Assembly: GCA_963823915.1 (NCBI GenBank)
Contig: CAWGNJ010000004.1
Span: forward strand, 6,915 to 70,914
Origin: an uncultured Actinomycetota bacterium
Lineage (GTDB): Bacteria; Actinomycetota; Acidimicrobiia; Spongiisociales; UBA4744
Direction of reading: 5' to 3'
DNA length: 64,000 nt
Shown: piece after piece, positions 18,336 through 27,581 of the stretch
How positions within the stretch are numbered: position 1 is the first letter of the stretch
How the letters are laid out: each line of letters starts with the position of its first letter
Program-made: the position numbers and the translations under genes
Notes under the pieces: generated by a model
Databases searched by the model: none
Seen by the model: the letters and a program-made list of their open reading frames with translations, nothing else
What the model was told of the DNA's origin: nothing

Positions 18336-18368
18336 AACCTCCAGGTCACAGGCTTGGACGTTGTTTCT
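18336..18368 (+). terminator. Candidate intrinsic terminator following module B
   Basis: AACCTCCAGG-tcacagg-CTTGGACGTT forms a 10-bp stem (one mismatch, one G-U), followed by GTTTCTT. Confidence 0.4.
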
Positions 18369-18520
18369 TGGCCGGTGGGTACCTGGACGTTTCGGGGTAG
18401 ATGGGTGCCCAAATGGGTGCCAAAACCGCCGTCAACGTGTTTGACATACATCTGAGAGGGACGGCGGGTTCTCCTAGCAGGCCGTTTGGCTTGGGCGTAC
18501 ACTGACCAGGGGAAGGACCG

Positions 18521-21069
18521 TTGACCATCTGGCGTACTAACGGCGGGCACTCCGTCCCCAGGTCGCGGACGACTTGGGAAACGGCAACCCCGCCGCGCCA
18601 AGTTCCGCTCTTGGCGGTCGGGATAGTAGGACTGTTGATCGTTTCGCTCTTCCCGATCTCTGTGTATGCCCAAAACCCCGCCGAACCTCCGCTACCGGTC
18701 GGAACGACCCAGGTGATCGAGGGGCTCCGGTGTCCGGAGACGCTCGCCAATCTCACGTTGACCGAGAAGGAGCACTCGGGCCTATTCCCGATCGATGTGG
18801 TCTATCACCCCCGGGCGGATTCAACCGACGAGTTCGCCTTCGCATGCAATTACCAAGGTGATTTTGCCGGGGGTCTGATGGGCACGGCCGAGATCTCGGT
18901 GTATTGGACCACCGACCCCTACCGGTCCAAGCCGTACGGCCCGGCCAAACCACCCTGTGATCATTCCGGCACATTCGACCTCTCCATGCAAGAAGCTTTG
19001 TTTCCCAATATTCCCGGGTCCGCCTTCGGGGGTGGCTGGATCGTGAGCGAAACGACCGCATCGGCCGTCATCATCTCTGTATTCGGAGAGCCGTACCTGG
19101 AACCGTCCGGAGTGCTGGGCCAGCAGCTGTTGACGCACGTGCAGGACGTGGCGGCGAGTTGCGACCCGGGACCCGAGTGTCTCTTCACGGGAGCGGTGAC
19201 CGACGCGGGCGCTCGCCCGGGCACTTCGACACGAGGCGGACCCGACCCACTGCAAGGCGTGCGGGTGGCGCTGGTCCGGACCTCCGATGACTTGGAGCTG
19301 AAGGTGGTGGCGACGGACGCCAACGGCACGTACCGCTTCTCTTCGTCGGAAGTGACCTTTCCGAGCGACTTCGACGGCCGATACGATCCACTGGCCATGC
19401 GTCTGCGGCTGCAGGAAGCCGCTCACGATCCTCCCCGATTCGAGGTGATCGTGCCCATCGACGGGGCTCTCGAAGCCACGTCTTTGCTGAGTGATGAGTT
19501 CGGTTTCGATGCCGAATGTGAAGATGGTCTTGTTGAGCGTGACTTCGCGTTGGGCGCTATCCCCGAGGATTTCTTGGGGGAAGTCCCCCAGAAAGACTTC
19601 TGGCCCGACTTGGGCGAGATCTACGACCGGGTGTGGCGGGCCTGGGAGCTAGCCGACTCGATTGGTCAGCCTCTCGACTACGGGCTGCCGCTCGACATCA
19701 TTGGTTTCTGTAGCAGCTTGGGGAAGTGCGAGGGAAAACGAAAAACGGCCTTTTGGACCACAACCAATAGCCCGGATCGTGATCCGTTCATCGCTTTCGG
19801 CGACGACACCTCTCAGTTGGCGGATGGCAATTGGCCGGACAACCGCGAATACCACGAGTTCGGACACCACTTCATGGCAGACGGGTTTGGTGATGCGATG
19901 CCCAGATCGCCCGGCGACGAGAACCACGCCGGCTACTACGTCAACCCTTCGTCCACCGATTCCTGGAGGGAGGGATGGGCGGAGTTCTATTCGATGATGG
20001 TGGCCAAGCACGTCGACCAGGAGATAAGGCCTGAGCTCTATCGGGTCGAGGGCGTTTACCTGAACCTCGAGTTCGACTACCGGCCTTGGATGGCCATGGG
20101 CACGGCCGAGGAACTGGCCGTGGCGGGATTGCTCCTCGATCTCGAAGACGGACCGGATGATTATGCGACCGGGCGTCAGCTTGCGGATCTGCGGATTGCC
20201 TGGCATGAGATCACCACCGACCAGAACGGGCGGCTCCTGATCGGCGGCGCCGTTAACGACAGCCCGACCGACTACAGCGAGCAGACCATGGTCGCTGCCA
20301 CCTTCCACGACCCAGACGGCCGTCTGCTCCATACGGGATGGGTCGCCACGATTCCCTGGGATCTGCCGTTCGCCGGCGGCGAGGGTTTCTTCTCGCTCAT
20401 GCTGCCCGAAGACCTGGAATGGGACTCTCTGGAGATTACCGCCATCGAAGGCAGGCCCGGTGACGTCCTCACCGACGACGACCCGGTTGACCTGACCCTC
20501 GACGAAATCTGGCAAACCATTGTTTCCTTCACCAGCCAGCAACAGGCGGGTAACGGATACGTGTTCGACGTCGTCGACCTCTACACGGCCTTCCGCCAAC
20601 GCTACGGCGGAAGGGATGCAGATGGCAACGGTATGGACGACATCGAGCAGCTGTTCATCGCCCATGGTTTGTTTGCCGACACGGATGGTGACCGCAGCTT
20701 CCTGCATGGCAACGAGGTCGGGCGCACGGATCATGCCGCGCTGATGGTGCCGGGCCTGGGGGAACTGCTCCCCGGATGGATCCCGCGCCGCACCTGCCAC
20801 CCTTGGCGGGCAGCCTCATCGACGTCGACACCGGCCCGGTCGCGGCGGGCGTCGTGGTGCAGGTTTCGCCACCGCCGCCGCTCGAGTACACCGGGTATAG
20901 CTATGTCACCTACCCGGACGATGACGGGAAAGTGCACGTGGCCGTTCCGCCAGCAGACATAGGGGGGACGGTAGGACTCACCGCTATCGCCGACGGCTAC
21001 CGACCGACGGCGGTCGGCACCCTCGAGGTCGATCGATACTGGCAGGAAGTCGAAGCCGCCGCAGGGTGA
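18521..21069 (+). CDS. Secreted zinc metalloprotease (HEFGHH) with a carboxypeptidase-regulatory-like beta domain; one frameshift near 20785
   Basis: Signal/TM segment LLAVGIVGLLIVSLFPISVYAQNP. GVRVALVRTSDDLELKVVATDANGTYRF. HExxH is at 19853-19870 (YHEFGHHFMADGFGD). The sensible C-terminus continues in ORF 20776..21069 (..LPPLAGSLIDVDTGPVAAGVVVQV...). Confidence 0.7.
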
Positions 21070-21170
21070 AGCGCCGGTGGCCTTCGAAGTGACCTTCGAA
21101 CCGGGCGCGGTTGGCCCCGGGGGAGACGCCCCCGTGTGGCCGTGGGTTCTGACCGTGGCCGGAGCGGGCC

Positions 21171-22543
21171 TTGTCTTCGGCGGCGGCCTGGCGTTTTGGC
21201 GGCGCAGGATGGGGCGCCGTGCGCCCGGCTAATCCTGTCTCGTGTCCGCAGGGACATGGTCCCCTTGCGGCTGATCAGCGGTACTGCACGGTCTGCGGGG
21301 TCTGTGTGCGTTGCCCGGATGGCCATCCCGTCGACAGAGAAACAAGGTCCTCAGTACTTGCCCGACGGTGTGGTTCACCGCTTCAGAGGAGTCCCATCGG
21401 GGCACCTTCGGCGGTGCGGGTCCCCTCCGACCCACCCGCAGCCGGCGGGTCTGGGCGGCGACCTGGGGGTCTGCTGCTCGGCTTGGTGCTTGCCCTAGGG
21501 GCGGGCATGGTCGCGGCGGGTATCACATTTCTGGGCGGCGGTGAGCCGACCGGCTTCTCGATAGATGCGCCGCCAACTGGTCAAACGGTGGTGTTGGTAG
21601 CCGAGGGCACAGCTCAGTTGACCGGGGGACACGAGCAGCTCCCCACCAATCCGGTCCCACAACGACTGGATCGGTCGACCCGCCGACCCCATCCACCGGC
21701 GGCGGTCCGGCCTCCTCCATCGCCCCGCAGGAAGAGGACCAACGTTTCCTCATCCTGGTCGATGGCTTGTACGGCTACATCGATCGCTCGGGGCGAGTGG
21801 TGATCACCCCGCAGTACCTCTCTGCCGACGACTATTCCGAAGGTCTTGCACCGGTGCTGCTGGGAGATGCGTGGGGCTATATCGACATCTCCGGCCGGTT
21901 GGCTATCGAACCGCACTTCGCCTCTGCCCTGAGATTCTCGGAGGGCCTGGCACTGGCCTCGGAAGGAGATGACATCTTTGGTTACATCGACACGAGCGGC
22001 GAGTTCGTGATCAGACCCCAATACCTTCGTGCCGGACGATTCGCTGAGGGTCTGGCGGCCGTGCAAAGCCGCGAGAACCACTTATTCGGCTACATCGACA
22101 CGGAGGGTCGTGTTGCCATTTCGGCCGAATGGGGGTGGGTCGGGCATTTCTCGGAGGGCCTTGCCCCGGTTGAGATCGAGGGGCTGTACGGCTACATCGA
22201 TCGGACCGGCACCGTGGCGATACCTCCTCGCTTCGCCACCGCCGGCTCCTTCTCGGCCGGTCTGGCACCGGTGGTTGCGGAGGGTCGCGGCGGGTTCATT
22301 GACACGCTGGGCGAGGTAGTGCTCCTGACCGACTACCCGCTGGTCGGGGCTTTCTCCGAAGGCCTGGCGATGGTTCAGACGGCCGAGGGCCTTTTCGGCT
22401 ACATCGACACCAGTGGGTCGCTGGTGGTAGCACCGAGATTTGACTCGGCCTGGGAGTTCGCCGGGGGCCTTGCTCCGGTGGTGTTGGGTGAGCACATCGG
22501 ATACATCGACCACACCGGCGAACTCGTGTGGTCCTCCGCCTGA
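21171..22543 (+). CDS. Zn-ribbon / TM-anchored WG (KWG-type) beta-repeat protein; one frameshift near 21655
   Basis: CPQGHGPLAADQRYCTVCG, then TM helix GLLLGLVLALGAGMVAAGITFL, then a PT linker visible in frame 2 (PTTTGSVDPPTPSTGGG), then about 11 repeats of the type GYIDxxGxxxIxPxFxxAxxFSEGLAxV. Confidence 0.65.
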
Positions 22544-23011
22544 TCCGAATTCGGGTGTTTCCCTCCTACCTGCAGACCGGGAAGAGCATCTTGATTGGGA
22601 AGAGCAGGCAAAGGATGATCGCCGAGGATCTTTGTTCGCTTTCGAGTTGATCGGGCGCACTGCCTGACCGTTCCGACTTCCCGGCGGTCGATTCACCGGC
22701 CGGCATGTTCCTCGAACCAGGCGATGAAAGCGGGCGTCTCCTTTTCGAGCGCCGCATCACCGGGCCGGTGGTGGCGGCCGCCGAGGGTGAGCTCCGGTTC
22801 GTGGGTTCCGGCGGCTTCTACCTCATCGGGCCGTTGGACGAGCGTTAGGACCTGGTGATGTTGGTCCGCCATTAGAGCGGGGCGGCCTTCATGCGTATGG
22901 CGCAGAATGATGAATACCTGGCAGGGTTAGGGCATCGGGAGCAGCTTTGGAGGACTCACGGCTGCTCCCGATCGTCGAAGCCGATCAGCTCTGACGACAC
23001 TGAGTCGTTGG

Positions 23012-23695
23012 TCACTCTGTCGGGTGCCCCACCGGGATGAGATAGAGCGGCTCATGGTCGCCGGGGAGACCCAGAACCTCATGTACCTGGTCGTCGTGGA
23101 ATGCGCCGATCGGCACCGCGGCGAGTTCCAAGGAGACCGCCTGCAACAAGAGGTTCTGGGCGGCATGCCCGACCTCCACCTGCACGTACCGCTCGGCTCG
23201 ATCTCCGTACTTCTGCTCGGTGCGGGAGTACACGGCCGACAGCACGAAAACCGCCCCCGCTTGTTCAACGGAATCCTGCGAAAGCGCCGCTTCTGAAAGC
23301 TTGCTCCGCAAGTCAACCTCGCCGAGAACCTCGAGTTGATGACGATCCGGGTCGTAGCGGTAGTGTCCGTCGCCGGTGACCAGATACAGCTCCAGCGGGT
23401 ATAGGCCGCCTGCCGAGGGTGCCGTGCGGCCACCGGCCAAAGATGTAATCCCCTGCGTCGCCCACAAGAGCTGAGAGAGGTCGGCCAGGTCGAGGGGGGC
23501 CGGTTGGTACTCGCGAACCGATCGACGTCGGGACAACGCGTCTGTCAGAGAACCGGCGCCGGTCACTACCGGCGCCGGCAGATCGATTCGTTCTGTCACC
23601 ACCGTATCTCCTGAATCTGGTACGTCGGAACCCTCGTCGGGAGCGATACAGCCACAGATCTGCATGACGATGACCAATACCGCGCACCATCGCAT
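23012..23695 (-). CDS. SagB-type / nitroreductase-family flavoprotein with lipoprotein-type signal peptide
   Basis: GAGGAG precedes ATG 23695. MRWCAVLVIVMQICGCIAPDEG is followed by RRSVREYQPAPLDLADLSQLLWATQGIT...GGLYPLELYLV...VEVGHAAQNLLLQAVSLELAAVPIGAF. Confidence 0.75.
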   Translation of the reverse strand: MRWCAVLVIVMQICGCIAPDEGSDVPDSGDTVVTERIDLPAPVVTGAGSLTDALSRRRSVREYQPAPLDLADLSQLLWATQGITSLAGGRTAPSAGGLYPLELYLVTGDGHYRYDPDRHQLEVLGEVDLRSKLSEAALSQDSVEQAGAVFVLSAVYSRTEQKYGDRAERYVQVEVGHAAQNLLLQAVSLELAAVPIGAFHDDQVHEVLGLPGDHEPLYLIPVGHPTE

Positions 23696-23976
23696 GGGAC
23701 ACTCCTCAATCCATGGTGGCCCAATGAGACGCCGGCGGCTAGAGGCGGAGGACACATTGCGGTCCTCGTGAGGACTGACTGGCGCCAGGGGTCGGCGGCG
23801 CCTACTGCGCCACTTGGCCGTGGTAGCGGAGGCGAGCGGGGCGATACGCTGGAGGCATGCCGCGTTGGCTCTGTGTGGTCCTGGGTGGACTCCTGAACCA
23901 TTGAGTTCTGCGGGAGAAACCCCGTCGAACCACATTCAACGCGCTTAGTTGATCCCGGGGGATATCGGTTGACAGC

Positions 23977-24108
23977 GCGATTCACACGACGAGGCTGAAC
24001 TTGTCGGAGGGAGCGCAGCCTGGGGCCAAAGTACGAATCCGCCCTCCGACACCATTGCCGACCACAGGCTGCCGGGGCGGTGAGGGCGCGCTGCGGGAGG
24101 GTGTTTTT
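23977..24108 (+). ncRNA. Module C: conserved box + 9-bp hairpin ending ..CCCTCCGACACCA, with a downstream competing GGGAGGG-U-tract (attenuator-like)
   Basis: The box gcgatTCACACGACGAGGCTGAACT matches 10523-10551 with transition-only differences. GTCGGAGGG (24003-11) pairs with CCCTCCGAC (24042-50). The loop has a D-arm-like AGCGCAGCCTGG and a T-loop-like GTACGAATC. CGGGAGGG at 24094-24101, followed by TGTTTTT, can pair with the same CCCTCC instead. Confidence 0.35.
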
Positions 24109-24253
24109 GCACTTTCGCGACCCGCGGTGACAGATGGCGACCGGCGGAAGCTCGAAGCCTGGCACCGATTCGCTCAATTGGCGTCCGAACCGGATCCAAC
24201 ATCCGTATCGCTGCACATTCCGTATACCTATTGAGATTTGATAGGAGCACACA

Positions 24254-24721
24254 ATGCACTTCCCGCAAGTGACCGGTTCCAACCTCGAGCGGCGCCGTTT
24301 CACCCTCCCGGGTGATCTGGAAGGTGACCTCAACCTTTTGTTCCTGGCGTTTTGGCAGCGGCATCAATCCCTCGTCGACTCGTGGATGCCTTTGGCGAAT
24401 CGTTTGCAAGAACAACGGAAAGATCTGGTGGCGTACGAACTGCCGGTGATCCAATCCCGCAGCAGGGTCTCGCAATGGTTTATCGACGGTGGCATGAGAG
24501 CCGGCATCCCCGACCGCCGGATCCGCGAGCTCACGATCACGCTCTACCTGGACAAGCCGCCGTTCCTCGATGCGCTGGACATATCCGACGACCGCACGAT
24601 TCAGGTCCTGTTGGTCGATCGATCTGGACGGGTCGTATGGCGAACCGCCGGCGCTTGGGACCAGGAGCGCGAAGCCGATTTGGTTTCCTTCCTCGATCAG
24701 CAGATCGCCCACCGGAGCTGA
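24254..24721 (+). CDS. Hypothetical protein, possibly thioredoxin-fold-like (no redox Cys motif seen)
   Basis: Intact 155-aa ORF with coding-like composition: FPQVTGSNLERRRFTLPGDLEGDLNLLFLAFW...IQVLLVDRSGRVVWRTAGAWDQ. Confidence 0.4.
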   Translation: MHFPQVTGSNLERRRFTLPGDLEGDLNLLFLAFWQRHQSLVDSWMPLANRLQEQRKDLVAYELPVIQSRSRVSQWFIDGGMRAGIPDRRIRELTITLYLDKPPFLDALDISDDRTIQVLLVDRSGRVVWRTAGAWDQEREADLVSFLDQQIAHRS

Positions 24722-24814
24722 TCCGGGAACACCCCTCACCCTGTATTTGTTTCTTTTAATGGATAGCCGGGCGGCTGATGTGAAGGCCGACCGGTGGATC
24801 TAAGAAAGGCAAGC

Positions 24815-25946
24815 ATGAAGAACACGATCAAACTTGGAAAACTGGCCGGAGTCACCGTTGAGTTGAACTGGACCGTGCTGGTAATCGCAGCCCTTGTCAC
24901 CCTCTCCGTGGCGGGCGGGATACTTCCGGCCGCGGCCCCCGGCTATAGACAACCCAGTACGTTGTGGGCGGAGTGGCGGCAGCTTTGGCATTGTTGGCCA
25001 GCATCCTTGTTCACGAATTGGGACATGCCGTCGTGGCGCAACGCAACGGAGTGAAGGTCGAACGTATCAGCCTTTGGGCATTGGGCGGGGTCGCCCAACT
25101 CGAGGGCGAAGCTGAGACCGCCCGGGCTGAGTTTCTGATCGCCGGGATCGGTCCGGCTATCAGCCTGGTGCTCGGACTGGCTTTGATCTATCCGGCTTCG
25201 GTGCTCGGTGGACTGTTCGGGGCCGTGCTCGGCTGGCTGGCCGGCATCAACATCATCCTGGCGGTCTTCAACCTCATTCCCGGGGCTCCCCTCGATGGGG
25301 GCCGGTCTGTTGCACGCCTGGTTGTGGAAGCGCCACGGCGCCGTTCTCGGGCTACGGCAACGGCGACGAAGGCCGGGCGGTTGGTTGGCACGGGCCTCAT
25401 CGTCCTGGGAATCGTCCAGTTCGTGGCCGGAGGCGCCGGGGGCCTCTGGACGGCACTGATCGGCTGGTTCCTCCGAGGGGCGGCCACGGCTGAGGGCAGC
25501 TACAGCACCATCCGCTCGGAGTTGCAGGGCGTCCGAGTGAAAGACGTGATGACTCCGGCCGGGCCGCCGGAAGGAGATTGGATGTCGGTGGCAACGTTCA
25601 TAGATCGCCGGGCGATTGCCGACCACCGGTCCGGTCTATTTCTTGACCGGGATCGAGGGAACGCCGAGCCGGCTGGTTACGTTGCAGGCTCTGGCTGCCG
25701 TGCCGATCGATGAGCGATACACACTATCCGTGCGATCGGTAGCTCAGGAGCTCGGCGAACTGCCTGCGGTGCAGGCCGAGGAACCGGCCTCGGACCTTCT
25801 CACAAAACTGAGCCCGGGAGATGCTCACAATCGTATGGGATGGTTCGGTCCCGGTAGGTACGGTCAATGCCGCCCAATTGGGCACCGCCTTGGAGCAGGC
25901 GCGTCTCCTTTCGAACCTGCGAGGCGAGACGCCGGCCGCTGCCTGA
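24815..25946 (+). pseudogene. Site-2 protease (peptidase M50) with C-terminal CBS-like region; about five frame disruptions
   Basis: The pieces are MKNTIKLGKLAGVTVELNWTVLV, GGVAAALALLASILVHELGHAVVAQRNG (HExxH), NLIPGAPLDGGR, LLHAWLWKRHG, VRVKDVMTP, PVYFLTGIEGTPSRLVTLQAL and MLTIVWDGSVPVGTVNAAQLGTALEQ*. Shifts are near 24955, 25305, 25340, 25625 and 25820. Confidence 0.75.
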
Positions 25947-26145
25947 CCGAAGTATCAATGCATCAACCAGTCGTTCAGCGTTGGTCCTCCTCGGTCCAGG
26001 GCAGCGTTACCTTTCGCGCCGGAGCAGAACTCGGAGCTCATCCCGCTCGAATGCACTAGAGAGACCAGACATAGTCCTAGTTGGGGGTCGCAAGCCAACT
26101 ATCAAACGGTGCGGACCGACTCTCACCACTCGCACTCGGAGGGAT

Positions 26146-27581
26146 TCAACGCAATCGATCGGCCAACGCCGACCGGGCCGCGTGGTAGCCCGACATTCCG
26201 TGCACGCCCGGACCCGGGGGAGTGGCTGATGAGCAGAGGTAGAGACCCGCTCCGATTCGGTAGGGGTGGAGGGCCAGCCGGGGGCGGAGGAGCATGCGGA
26301 GGCGGTCGGTCCGTCCGCCGGCGATATCTCCACCAACCAGGTTGGGGTTCCACTCCTCGAGTTCGGTCGGACTCATAGTGTGCCGCGCAAGGATCAGTTC
26401 ACGGAAGCCCGGCGCAAAGCGTTCAATCTGTTGCTCGATAGCCTCGGTCATGTCCACCGGGAACCGACCGGCCCGTGGCAGTAAACCCACAACACGTGTT
26501 TGCCGTCGGGAGCGCGGTCCGGGTCGATCACCGAAGGCTGAGCGGCGATCACGAAAGGACGGTCGGGAGACACGCCGTTCCAGACCTGCCTCTCCGCGTC
26601 GGCGATCTCCTCAAACGTTCCTCCTACGTGCACCGTTCCCGCCCGGCGGCACTCATCTGCGGTCCAGGGGACCGGGCCCTCGAGTGCGAAATCGACTTTG
26701 AAGGACCCGGGGCCGTGGGGATAGCGCCGAAATGCCCGGCGGATCCGGGCCGGCATCCTGTCTCCGGCGATGGCAGCTGCGGCCCTGGGCCCGGTGTTGA
26801 GCAGCACCGTTTCGGTCGGGGGAATGGTGTCCAAGTTGTCGATCGTGTGATCAGTTTCAATCGAACCGCCCAGGTCGTCCACGACGGCGGCCAGGGCGTG
26901 GACGATCGACTGTGATCCACCCCGGGCTACCGGCCAGCCGGTCACATGGGCCAGCGCGGCTAGGACGAGCGCCACGGCCGTGTTGCCAGACTTGTCGAGC
27001 GGCATCGGTGTGTGGGCGGCTAACCCGGCGAGCAGCGCCCGTCCCTCCTCGGTGTGGAGCCTCTTTGCGGCCGTGGCGGCCGGGAGCAGACCGCGGAGGC
27101 CCAATCCGGCCAGAGCGAGCGGATGGTCGGGGATGCGGAATACCGGACCGAACACTGCACTTTCGATCACATCCCACCGACGGGCCAGACCGCCCACCAC
27201 CTGCCGGTACAAGGGTCCGTCCGCTCCCAGCCGGTCGGCGGTGCCGGTGATCGAGTGGTGCAGGGTCACGGCCAGACCGCCGTCGAGTGGATGGGCCAGC
27301 GGGATTTCCGGGCGCAACCACTCGAGTCCATACCGGTCGAGGGAAAGGGATCTGAACAATGGCGAGGCAGCTCCGAGTGGGTGGACGGCGGCGCCCAGAT
27401 CATGACGGAACCCGGGAACGGTGACCTCCCCGGTCGCCGATGCGCCGCCGATGGCGCGAAGCTTTCGACGACCCTTCACCAAGGAGTAGGCAGAGTAACC
27501 TTCTCTGATGCAGCTTGCAGCCTTCTCCCTCAGGCGGAACCGGTATGTCCCCCTGTCGGCCCTGCAATAATCGCTGTTCAT
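26146..27581 (-). pseudogene. Phytoene-desaturase-like (CrtI family) FAD-dependent oxidoreductase; at least two frame disruptions
   Basis: The C-terminus FAPGFRELILARHTMSPTELEEWNPNLVGGDI (ORF 26146..26490) joins ..DGKHVLWVYCH.. (the tail of ORF 26448..28487). The N-terminal dinucleotide-binding motif is visible only out of frame (IIAGPTGGHTGSA). Confidence 0.7.

Noticed and set aside
19649-20800. 383-aa minus-strand ORF
   Set aside because: It is antisense to the HEFGHH metalloprotease gene and has no recognisable motifs.
24001-24234. 77-aa plus-strand ORF overlapping module C
   Set aside because: It has a TTG start without an RBS, its composition is non-coding-like, and it spans the hairpin/U-tract structure. 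It is more likely leader RNA.
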